In this document: piece by piece, positions 50,096 to 58,560 of the stretch
Layout: each line of letters begins with the position of its first letter
How positions within the stretch are numbered: position 1 is the stretch's first letter
Assembly (NCBI GenBank): GCA_041640595.1
Contig: JBEPZY010000004.1
Span: 32,001-96,000, forward strand
Reading direction: 5' to 3'
DNA: 64,000 nt
Source: Gemmatales bacterium
GTDB lineage: Bacteria; Planctomycetota; Planctomycetia; Gemmatales; HRBIN36
Translations under genes and position numbers: made by a program
The notes under the pieces: generated by a model
What the model saw: only the letters and a program-made list of their open reading frames with translations
The model's database searches: none
What the model was told of the DNA's origin: nothing

Positions 50096-50342
50096 GTCGC
50101 TGTTCCTTCTTCCAGCATAGTAAGGGGATTGCGTGATTTATGGCCTATTGATTATACGGACTAGCCGGACAGAGGCTACGCTTTGCCTCCAGGTGTCCAG
50201 GCACTAAATTTGTTTTTCCACGACTAATTGTTACAACCGCGCATAGACAGCAAGATATGGGAACATAACAGTGCGATTTTGCCGGCCTGGCTCTTTAGCA
50301 TGTGGTAAACTAAACTGGGGCATTAGCCCGAAACAGGGAGAT

Positions 50343-50648
50343 ATGACCATGTCAGGAAGACGCTATTGGCTGGCCGGAGTGGCTCTTATCTGGTTGGGAT
50401 TAGCGCAAGTGTACGGACAATATCCGATTCCCAGCGCTAATCCTACGACCTACTATTACTATCCGTACTACTACTACCCGCACAACTACTGGCCGAACCA
50501 GCAACCCTGGCCCGACCCGTCACGTCCGTTTCAATTGCCGCCGCCTTATATGGCATATCCCCCCTATCTCGATCGGAATTTCCGCTACGATCTGTTTATG
50601 CCAAAACCCTACTACAAGGGTTTTCATTTTTGGCTCGATCAGTTTTAG
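50343..50648 (+). CDS. Small secreted Tyr/Pro-rich protein
   Basis: SD gggag, signal peptide, YYYYPYYYYPHNYWP, C-terminal YYKGFHFWLDQF. Confidence 0.7.
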   Translation: MTMSGRRYWLAGVALIWLGLAQVYGQYPIPSANPTTYYYYPYYYYPHNYWPNQQPWPDPSRPFQLPPPYMAYPPYLDRNFRYDLFMPKPYYKGFHFWLDQF

Positions 50649-50927
50649 TGGCAGCGCGAGCGAAGGACATTTTGCTGATACGCAGCCTGCATGCCAGGTG
50701 CAATAGGCTCTACTCAGGATAAACGCCTCGGTAGAGCCTGCCGCAGCCTTTCTATTTTGATTGCCAGCCAGGCACGTTATCGAAGGCAGCAATCTTTCGT
50801 AACGCTGCTGCAGGCTTTTTATTTTGATATCCAGTTCCACTTTGTTTGCGGCTATGGGGAAGTGATCACAACTGGCCTGTCTGGCCTGCAAGACTGATAA
50901 TGGTTTGTGCGCGAGAAGGAGAGCAAC

Positions 50928-52445
50928 ATGGCTTACGAATCGTTGCGGGAATTCATTGAGGAACTGGAAGCGGAAGGCGAACTGGTACGGGTGCGGGTCG
51001 AGGTGGACCCGGTCCTGGAAATCAGCGAGATTACGGATCGCATCAGCAAGGCTGGTGGTCCGGCCCTGCTTTTCGAACGGGTGCGTGGTTCCGAATTTCC
51101 GGTAGTAATCAATCTATTTGGTTCGGAGAAACGTACCGCGAAGGCCCTTGGTGTGCGTCGGCTGGACGAACTGGGGGCGCGTTTGGCGGCCCTGCTGAAA
51201 CCGGAGGTACCGGAAACATTCCTCGGGAAAGTCCATAAGGCCCTGGAAATTTTGCCGCAGTTACGCGCTATTCCCCCGAAAATCGTAAACCAGGGGCCGT
51301 GTCAGGAGATTGTCAAGACTGGTACGCAGGTTAACCTTTATCAGTTGCCGGTGCTGCAATGCTGGCCGAAGGATGCAGGCAGGTTTATCACGTTTGGTCA
51401 GGTTTATACCCGCAATCCGGAAACGGGAGAACGCAACGTCGGCTTATACCGTTTGCAACTGCTGGGCCCTAACAAGACGGCCATGCACTGGCATTTGCAC
51501 CACGATGGTTGCCAGCACTACCAGATGTACAAACGTTTAGGAAAACGTATGCCCATCGCGGTGGCTCTGGGTGGCGATCCCGTTTATACCTACATGGCTA
51601 CTGCTCCACTGCCACCAAGCACCGACGAATGTTTGCTGGGTGGTTTTTTGCGTGGCCGACCGGTCGAACTGGTGCCGTGCAAAACCATTGACATGGAAGT
51701 GCCAGCAAGCGCGGAGATAGTGCTGGAAGGATATATTGACCCCACGGAACCGCTGGTTACGGAAGGGCCGTTCGGCGATCACACGGGATTTTATAGTCTG
51801 GCCGACCAGTTCCCCGTTTTCCATGTAACCGCCTTGACGCATCGTGCCAACGCCATTTATCCGACGACTATCGTCGGCAAACCGCCCATGGAAGATTGCT
51901 TCCTCGGCAAAGCAACGGAGCGGCTGTTTTTGCCGTTGGTGAAGCTGTTTATACCCGAGGTGGTGGACTACGACTTACCGTGGTTTGGCGTATTTCATAA
52001 CTTTTGCTTCGTTTCCATTCGCAAGCGCTGGCCGCAACAAGCACGCAAAGTGATGAGTGCCATCTGGAGCCTGGGGCAACTCATGTTCAGCAAGATTATC
52101 GTGGTTGTGGACGAAGACGTGGACGTGCACAATTACGAAGAGGTGTGGTTCCATGTAGGGGCGAATGTACACCCTGGCCGGGATGTGGTGTTTTGCGAAG
52201 GCCCGACGGACATTCTGGATCACGCTGCGCCGGTGTGTGGGGTCGGACACAAAATGGGCATTGACGCCACCCGCAAGTTTCCCGAAGAAGGCCATCCCCG
52301 ACCCTGGCCCGAAGAAATACTCATGGATGATGCCACGGTTGCTAAGGTAACGGCACGCTGGCCCGAATACGGAATCGGCCCGGATCCCGGCCCGGTAGGC
52401 AAAGGGCTGGGCCCGTATCTGCGAAAAATCGGCAAGGGGCGATGA
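50928..52445 (+). CDS. UbiD-family (prFMN-dependent) decarboxylase, likely menaquinone biosynthesis
   Basis: RNVGLYRLQ, EGPFGDHTGFYS, GKPPMED, KMGIDAT; adjacent to menG. Confidence 0.92.
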   Translation: MAYESLREFIEELEAEGELVRVRVEVDPVLEISEITDRISKAGGPALLFERVRGSEFPVVINLFGSEKRTAKALGVRRLDELGARLAALLKPEVPETFLGKVHKALEILPQLRAIPPKIVNQGPCQEIVKTGTQVNLYQLPVLQCWPKDAGRFITFGQVYTRNPETGERNVGLYRLQLLGPNKTAMHWHLHHDGCQHYQMYKRLGKRMPIAVALGGDPVYTYMATAPLPPSTDECLLGGFLRGRPVELVPCKTIDMEVPASAEIVLEGYIDPTEPLVTEGPFGDHTGFYSLADQFPVFHVTALTHRANAIYPTTIVGKPPMEDCFLGKATERLFLPLVKLFIPEVVDYDLPWFGVFHNFCFVSIRKRWPQQARKVMSAIWSLGQLMFSKIIVVVDEDVDVHNYEEVWFHVGANVHPGRDVVFCEGPTDILDHAAPVCGVGHKMGIDATRKFPEEGHPRPWPEEILMDDATVAKVTARWPEYGIGPDPGPVGKGLGPYLRKIGKGR

Positions 52446-52476
52446 CAAATCGCGCGGCTGAGTCATTTCCAATGCC

Positions 52477-53199
52477 ATGATGAGCACCACGACAATTGAC
52501 AAGAGTGCAAGCCGAATTCGCGGCATGTTCGGTGCCATCGCGCCGACTTACGATTTGCTGAACCATTTGCTCAGTTGCAATGTGGATCGTTACTGGCGGT
52601 GGAAAACCACGCAATTAGTTCCGCCGGACGCTGGAATACCCGTCCTCGATGTGTGTACAGGTACGGGAGATTTAGCCCTGGCTTACTGGCGACGCGGTCG
52701 CGGACAGGTGCCGGTGATTGGAGCCGATTTTTGCGGCGATATGCTCGCCCTGGCGCGTCGCAAAGCAGCCCGGTTAGGCGCCCGCAATGTTGCGTTTGTC
52801 CAGGCCGATGCGCAACGGCTGCCGTTTGCCGACAATTATTTCCAGATCGTCAGCGTAGCCTTCGGCCTGCGCAACATCAGCGATTACCAACAAGGTCTGG
52901 CAGAAATGGTGCGGGTGGTGCAGCCAGGTGGCCGGGTTGTTATTCTCGAATTCTCACGCCCCAGTCAATCCCTGGCCGGACGGCTATACCGCTGGTATTT
53001 TCGGCGTTTGCTCCCGTGTATCGGACAGCTACTGTCGGGCACCCGGGCGTATTATTACCTGCCAGCCAGCGTGCTGGAGTTTCCCGACGGCGAGGCGTTG
53101 GCCAACGTTTTGAGGCAGATGGGCCTGGTAAACGTCTGGTATCGGCCGTTCGCTTTCCGCATTGCCACGCTGTATGTGGGTAGCAAGCCGAAAACTTGA
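52477..53199 (+). CDS. menG: Demethylmenaquinone/ubiquinone methyltransferase (UbiE/MenG)
   Basis: MFGAIAPTYDLLNHLLS, LDVCTGTGDLA, FGLRN, ILEFS, YYYLPASV. Confidence 0.9.
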   Translation: MMSTTTIDKSASRIRGMFGAIAPTYDLLNHLLSCNVDRYWRWKTTQLVPPDAGIPVLDVCTGTGDLALAYWRRGRGQVPVIGADFCGDMLALARRKAARLGARNVAFVQADAQRLPFADNYFQIVSVAFGLRNISDYQQGLAEMVRVVQPGGRVVILEFSRPSQSLAGRLYRWYFRRLLPCIGQLLSGTRAYYYLPASVLEFPDGEALANVLRQMGLVNVWYRPFAFRIATLYVGSKPKT

Positions 53200-53335
53200 A
53201 GCTAGCGAACGCGGCATGGCAGTGGGTAAGGGCATCCGTGTTCCAGCCACCTATAATCACTGCAACCCGGAACAAGTTTCCGCCAGAGACTGGCATGCGA
53301 CTGCTATCCGGTTCGATGCCCAGGAGACACAAGCG

Positions 53336-53938
53336 ATGACCGCGGTGGTGGATAAACCGAAAGTTACGCCGGAGGATTTGCTCAAGATGCCCAGGGATCG
53401 CCGTTACGAACTCGTGGACGGCGAGCTGGTGGAGAAACCGATGGCTTGGAGTACGGCAGTAGTTACAGCGCATCTGGTCAGATTACTAGGCAACTATTGT
53501 GAGGCACACAAGACTGGGGTCGTGGCGGACTCCAGTGCCAGTTACCGCTGCTTTCCCCATGACCCCGATCGGGTGCGAAAACCCGACATTTCGCTGATCC
53601 TGAGAGAGCGAATAACCCCGGAGTTGCTGGAACCAGGACACATCCGCATTGCTCCCGATCTGGTTGTGGAAGTGGTTTCGCCCAACGACGAAGTGAGTGA
53701 GGTGGACAAACGTGTGCTCGATTACCAGCGTGCCGGTGTTCCGCTGTTATGGGTGGTGCATCCTGAATCGCGTCATGTGGACGTTTATCGGCTGGGCAGG
53801 CGTGGTGAGATTCTGAGCGAACAACACGAACTGACCGGCGAACCGGTGTTGCCAGGCTTTCGCTTACCGGTACGCGAAATTTTCCGCCCTTTAGAGCTGG
53901 TTCCAGTGTCCGAAGCGAAAACCGGTGGCCAGACATAG
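53336..53938 (+). CDS. Uma2 family (DUF820) putative endonuclease, copy 1
   Basis: YELVDGELVE, RKPDIS, PDLVVEVVSP, Y..AGV..LWVV.P, VLPGFRLPV; SD aggag. Confidence 0.92.
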   Translation: MTAVVDKPKVTPEDLLKMPRDRRYELVDGELVEKPMAWSTAVVTAHLVRLLGNYCEAHKTGVVADSSASYRCFPHDPDRVRKPDISLILRERITPELLEPGHIRIAPDLVVEVVSPNDEVSEVDKRVLDYQRAGVPLLWVVHPESRHVDVYRLGRRGEILSEQHELTGEPVLPGFRLPVREIFRPLELVPVSEAKTGGQT

Positions 53939-53969
53939 GCGGCTTTGTCTGTTTCTGCGGAGAGGCATC

Positions 53970-54563
53970 ATGACCGCGGTGGTGGATAAACCGAAAGTTA
54001 CGCCGGAGGATTTGCTCAAGCTGCCCAGGGATCGCCGTTACGAACTCGTGGACGGCGAGCTGGTGGAGAAACCGATGTCGGCAATGGCTGGAGCGGTGTG
54101 TGCTGAGCTGCTCTTCAGACTTGGAACGTTTCTGGAGTCCACTCGGCAGGGAACGCTGTTCAGTGCGGACACCGGTTACCAGTGCTTCGTAAAGTGCCCC
54201 GACAAAGTACGTAAACCGGACATCTCGTTTATCCGAAAGGAACGCATCACGGCTGACTTGTGGGAGCAAGGCTTCATTCGCATTCCGCCCGATCTGGTGG
54301 TAGAAGTGTTATCGCCCAGCGACTCCACATCCGAGACAGAGAGACGGGTGGATGATTATCTTGACGCTGGTGTGCCCCTGGTCTGGGTGGTTCAACCGGA
54401 AACGCGGCGAGTTTACGTCTATCGCCACGGTGGCACAGGCCTGATTTTGCGAGAACAAGACGAACTGACCGGCGAACCTGTGTTGCCAAGCTTTCGCTTA
54501 CCGGTACGCGAAATTTTCCGCCCTTTAGAGCAACTTACGCAACAGCCCTCGCAAACGAAGTGA
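53970..54563 (+). CDS. Uma2 family (DUF820) putative endonuclease, copy 2
   Basis: Same motifs as copy 1; ends nearly identical to copy 1 at nucleotide level. Confidence 0.92.
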   Translation: MTAVVDKPKVTPEDLLKLPRDRRYELVDGELVEKPMSAMAGAVCAELLFRLGTFLESTRQGTLFSADTGYQCFVKCPDKVRKPDISFIRKERITADLWEQGFIRIPPDLVVEVLSPSDSTSETERRVDDYLDAGVPLVWVVQPETRRVYVYRHGGTGLILREQDELTGEPVLPSFRLPVREIFRPLEQLTQQPSQTK

Positions 54564-54570
54564 ACATTCC

Positions 54571-55593
54571 ATGAGCTCGGAACATCTGCTATTGCGGGCC
54601 TTGCAAGGCAAGCCAGTACCGCGTCCGCCTGTCTGGGCGATGCGGCAAGCGGGGCGCTGGGATCCGAAATTTCGCGAATTGCGGGCAGAACGTGATTTCT
54701 ACAGTTTTGCCACGGATAGCCAGCTCGCGGCACAAGCCTCGTTGCTTCCGGCACGTTTCGGTGTGGATGCGATTATTCTTTTCTACGACATTACCACGCT
54801 GGCCCAGGCTATGGGCGTGGCATTTCAAATGCAGGCAGGCGGTCCTGTGCCTGTCGCGCCCACGACCAGCATGTCTCAGGTTCGCCAGTTGTCTGAGGAA
54901 CCGGACGCTGACCGCTTTGCATCGGTGCTGGATACTTTGAGTGCCGTGCGGCAGGCCTTACAAGATGCCTCTGGTCGGAAGCGGTTACCTATCCTCGTGT
55001 TTGCCGGCGCACCGTTTACGCTGGCGAGCTATTGCCTGGGTACGGGCAAGGACATCACCGCCACCTGTCGCTTCGCAAGAGAAAATCAGGACGTGTTTGC
55101 AGCATTGCTGGACAAGCTGGAGTCGGCAACGATTCATTTTGTCCGCACACTGTTACGGCAGGGTGCGGATGCGTGGCAACTGTTCGACTCCTGGGCCGGG
55201 GGATTACCAGCAGACGATTACGCACGCTGGGCTTTGCCTTACCATCAGCGCATTTTCGCGGCCATCCCCGAGGCTCCCGGAATCCTGTTCGTAAAAGAGT
55301 GTCCTTATCTGGACTGGCTCGTAGCCAGCGGCGCACGTGCTGTCAGTCTGGGTGTTACGCATGACCTGCGAACCGCACGCCAGCGTTACCCCAATGTGGT
55401 GTTTCAGGGGAACGTGGATTCCCGGGTGTTGCGCGATGGCCAACCACTTGATGTCATCGAGGTTGCGCGTGCCTGCGTCCAGGCTGGCGGCAAAAGCAAC
55501 CACATCGTCAACTTGAACCACGGCGTGGATCCGCGTACCCCGGTGGAAAACTTTGCTGCCTTCGTTGCCACCGTACGGGGTTGCGAAAGTTAG
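54571..55593 (+). CDS. hemE: Uroporphyrinogen decarboxylase
   Basis: PVWAMRQAGR, DAIILFYDI, GAPFTLASY, QLFDSWAG, QGNVD, NLNHGV. Confidence 0.93.
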   Translation: MSSEHLLLRALQGKPVPRPPVWAMRQAGRWDPKFRELRAERDFYSFATDSQLAAQASLLPARFGVDAIILFYDITTLAQAMGVAFQMQAGGPVPVAPTTSMSQVRQLSEEPDADRFASVLDTLSAVRQALQDASGRKRLPILVFAGAPFTLASYCLGTGKDITATCRFARENQDVFAALLDKLESATIHFVRTLLRQGADAWQLFDSWAGGLPADDYARWALPYHQRIFAAIPEAPGILFVKECPYLDWLVASGARAVSLGVTHDLRTARQRYPNVVFQGNVDSRVLRDGQPLDVIEVARACVQAGGKSNHIVNLNHGVDPRTPVENFAAFVATVRGCES

Positions 55594-55784
55594 TGCTCTT
55601 CCGCAGGTCTTGGCAATTCTTCGTGGTGTTTACACGGCACCGGTTTCCGATTTTTTCGAAGTATCGTCCTGCGCCGGGCGTGAGTGTGTGCTAGACTTGT
55701 TCGGCCTTTGCGTGAGACAACGAAAAAGAGGGTTATGGTGAAAGCGCAACTTTTTGCGCTTCGCTAACTATCGCGGACGCCAAG

Positions 55785-56636
55785 ATGATCGCTATTGTCG
55801 GTGCGGTGGTGGTACTGGCAGCGGTGCTGCTCGGCTTCACCATGGCCGGGGGACACGTTGGCGCGCTGATCCATCCTTCCGAACTTGTGGTGATCGGAGG
55901 CTCGGCTCTGGGTGCGCTGATAATCATGTCCCCCAAACGCGTGCTCGTGGATGTGGCTAAGGGGATCGTGCAGGTCATTAAAGGCTCACCTTACGATAAA
56001 GCCACCTGCATGGAACTGCTGGGGGTGCTCAATGCTTTAGCCCGACTTGCTCGCCGTGACGGCATGCTGGCTCTCGACAGCCACCTTTCCGATCCCGAAA
56101 ACAGCGACATTTTCCGCCAGTATCCAAGAGTGCTTCATAACCATCATTTGCGACAATTCCTGTGCAATGCCCTGAGCCGGATCGTGGATGGTTCTGCCGA
56201 ACCGGAGGCCCTGGAGCAAGAACTGGAAAGCGACATCGCCGTCCTGGAACGCGAACATCACCAGGTGGTTACGGCCCTGGCTAAAACAGCCGACAGTTTG
56301 CCCGGCTTTGGCATCGTAGCGGCAGTGCTGGGCATTGTCATCACCATGCAGGCCATTGATGGGCCGGTGGAAGAGATCGGCCACAAGGTAGGCGCGGCTC
56401 TGGTCGGAACGTTCCTGGGTATCTTGCTCTCCTACGGCTTTCTGACACCGCTGGCCGCACGTCTGGAACTCATTGGGGAACAGGAAACGGTGGTGTTGCG
56501 AGCGGTTATTTTGGCCACCGTGGAACTGGCCAAGGGCGCCAATCCGCGCGAATTGATTTCCCGCGTCAGCCGTGTCCTCAGCAGTGATTGCCGACCCACC
56601 GCCGAGGAACTCAAGCAACTGGTAGGCAGCAGCTAG
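55785..56636 (+). CDS. motA: Flagellar-type motor stator A subunit
   Basis: HPSELVVIGG, ARRDGMLALD, PGFGIVAAVLGIV.TM, ALVGTFLGILLSYG. Confidence 0.92.
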   Translation: MIAIVGAVVVLAAVLLGFTMAGGHVGALIHPSELVVIGGSALGALIIMSPKRVLVDVAKGIVQVIKGSPYDKATCMELLGVLNALARLARRDGMLALDSHLSDPENSDIFRQYPRVLHNHHLRQFLCNALSRIVDGSAEPEALEQELESDIAVLEREHHQVVTALAKTADSLPGFGIVAAVLGIVITMQAIDGPVEEIGHKVGAALVGTFLGILLSYGFLTPLAARLELIGEQETVVLRAVILATVELAKGANPRELISRVSRVLSSDCRPTAEELKQLVGSS

Positions 56637-56646
56637 GAGACCAACG

Positions 56647-57270
56647 GTGGCGGCTAAAGGCGGCGGTCAGTGGAAGGTAGCCTATGCCGATTTCGTAACG
56701 GCCATGATGGCCTTCTTTCTCGTCATGTGGATCACTGCCCAGGATCAGAAAATCAAGCAGGCAGTCGCGCGATATTTCAACAACCCCATGAATTTCGAGT
56801 CCGTTGGACAGTCAACGAAGCCCGACAAAACCGGCTCCGCCTTGCCCATGCCCAGCACCGGACAGGTGCCCTTGCAAGACAGCGTAGCGATGGGGCAAGG
56901 CCGACATTCTTATTCGCAACCAGCTCCCAAAAGTCCTCAAACCAAAGCCGTCGCCGACTGGATCCACTCCAAACAGGACCAGCTGCAGCACTGGCTACGC
57001 GAAGCCGAACGCTCCTACTGGCTGGCAGCCCAATCCCCCGAGGTGCGTCTCAAACGTCGGCCCGTGCGCGAAGTCGCTACTCAGCAGTTGGCGCGTCGCC
57101 TCCGCGAGGAGTTTGCCGATAATATACCCCCGTCGGTTTCCGGTATTTACCAGGACCTGCTCTACTTCTCCCTCAGTGAGGTTAACTGGGCGGAGATCGC
57201 CGAAGACCTTCTCACCCACTGGCAAGGTTCCAATACGGCCAGCCAACTCTTGAACAGCAAAGTGCCGTAA
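56647..57270 (+). CDS. motB: MotB-like stator B subunit lacking the OmpA-like domain
   Basis: WKVAYADFVTAMMAFFLVMW plus plug helix (VARYF..P); 207 aa; no GHTD/LS..RA motif. Confidence 0.8.
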   Translation: MAAKGGGQWKVAYADFVTAMMAFFLVMWITAQDQKIKQAVARYFNNPMNFESVGQSTKPDKTGSALPMPSTGQVPLQDSVAMGQGRHSYSQPAPKSPQTKAVADWIHSKQDQLQHWLREAERSYWLAAQSPEVRLKRRPVREVATQQLARRLREEFADNIPPSVSGIYQDLLYFSLSEVNWAEIAEDLLTHWQGSNTASQLLNSKVP

Positions 57271-57720
57271 CTCGTGTGGCGATTTCCCTCGCCTGGTTTA
57301 CTTGCCGAGATTGTGTCGGCTGCTACAAACCCGATATCCGTGCAAGGGCATCGAGCCCAGACGAAAGGGGCTTCAACATCCCCCGCGGCCACAATCCCGC
57401 TATCTGCGCGATGGCACCCCTTGAAGTTACGGGGCTGGCGTTTATGATAAGGGAGCGATGTCGCTGCGACTGAACGCATGGAATCGCAACATTTTTCGCT
57501 CTGCGAGGAACTTTACGACTGCCGCAGCCGGCCAAAATGCCCCTTATCGGGAAGTGCTGCGGTAGTCGCTACCGTCCAGCAATCAGACGACGCACAAATA
57601 ATCGCCTGCCCCAATTTCCCGGTCAAATCAAAACGAAACTTTGGCAGCGTCCGGGCTTTCTCAGACTCCCGGCTCCGCTTAGAATTGCGGCAAACCTCGC
57701 TCGATTGCAAAACCTTGGCC

Positions 57721-57792
57721 TGCCCGGTGGTGTAAATGGTAGCACAAGGGATTTTGGTTCCCTTTGTCCAGGTTCGAATCCTGGCCGGGCAG
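57721..57792 (+). tRNA. tRNA-Gln (anticodon TTG)
   Basis: TGCCCGG/CCGGGCA acceptor with U1-A72, anticodon arm aggga-ttTTGgt-tccct, GTTCGAATC; CCA not encoded. Confidence 0.96.
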
Positions 57793-58286
57793 CTCTGTCA
57801 CGCTTCGTGCCGCCAGCAACAACGCGAAGCTGTTTGCGTTTCTCTTTTACACCATGGTTTCGTCGCAGCCCTGACGGATCGAACTTTTGTTCACCCGATT
57901 TACACGGGAGCAGGACGGCTACCGGGAGCCGTGAGTCGCACGCTGCCAGTCCGAGCTTTCATTTACCCAGTTTCACACCCGCCACACGATCAGTGCTCAG
58001 ACCGTCAAGTTCGCCGGCAACGTGCCCCTGGCATTGATATTGTGAATCCAAGGCCCAACAGCCTCAGTTCTCGTTCGGATACCGTCTAACTCGACAACAT
58101 CGTCGGGCTGGCAGACGAAGGAAACAGTTCCAGTCCCGGTTCAAATCCCCTCGCCGTCGGTCCGGACTGCGACACCAACCCGCAAGGCCACGCCAAAGGA
58201 ATCCGGCACCGACAGCGTTCCGGCTTTTTGCAACGTTCCCTTCAGGATGAGGCACGACTCCGATCGAGGCGTCCGGCGCTGCGGAG

Positions 58287-58359
58287 TGCCCCCAGGGGGA
58301 CTCGAACCCCCGTCTTGGCCTTGAGAGGGCCACGTCCTAGGCCGCTAGACGATGGGGGC
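58287..58359 (-). tRNA. tRNA-Glu (anticodon CTC)
   Basis: Minus strand GCCCCCATCGTCTAGCGGCCTAGGAC-tggcc-ctCTCaa-ggcca-…GTTCGAGTC…TGGGGGCA; CCA not encoded. Confidence 0.96.
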
Positions 58360-58560
58360 CTTGCTATGCCGGGCTTCGAATAGCCACTGGAACTTATCTC
58401 GCGGATGCTGGCACGTACTACGGCCGGAGCACCAGTTACCGCGGTCTCCGCCGGTTGTTGCGTTTCAGCTTGTATCACCGAGGCAAAGATTCATCCTTTC
58501 GCCGTGATGGGTCGGCCAGCCCTGCTAATCCGGCCTGCTTTCAAATCAGGGCACGCTATT

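Noticed and set aside
53336..54563. Diversity-generating retroelement or shufflon behind the Uma2 pair
   Set aside because: Differences are not adenine-specific, and there is no reverse transcriptase, recombinase or inverted repeat in the window.
55785..57270. Zorya anti-phage ZorAB
   Set aside because: MotA is flagellar-type without the long ZorA tail, MotB lacks the OmpA-like domain, and no zorC/D/E genes are adjacent.
58128..58160. tRNA fragment or att site (ggttcaaatccc)
   Set aside because: The flanks do not pair as a T-stem, the sequence does not match the neighbouring tRNAs, and there is no integrase.
36751..58359. Genomic island or prophage bounded by tRNAs
   Set aside because: Contents are core genes; no integrase, phage genes or duplicated tRNA ends.
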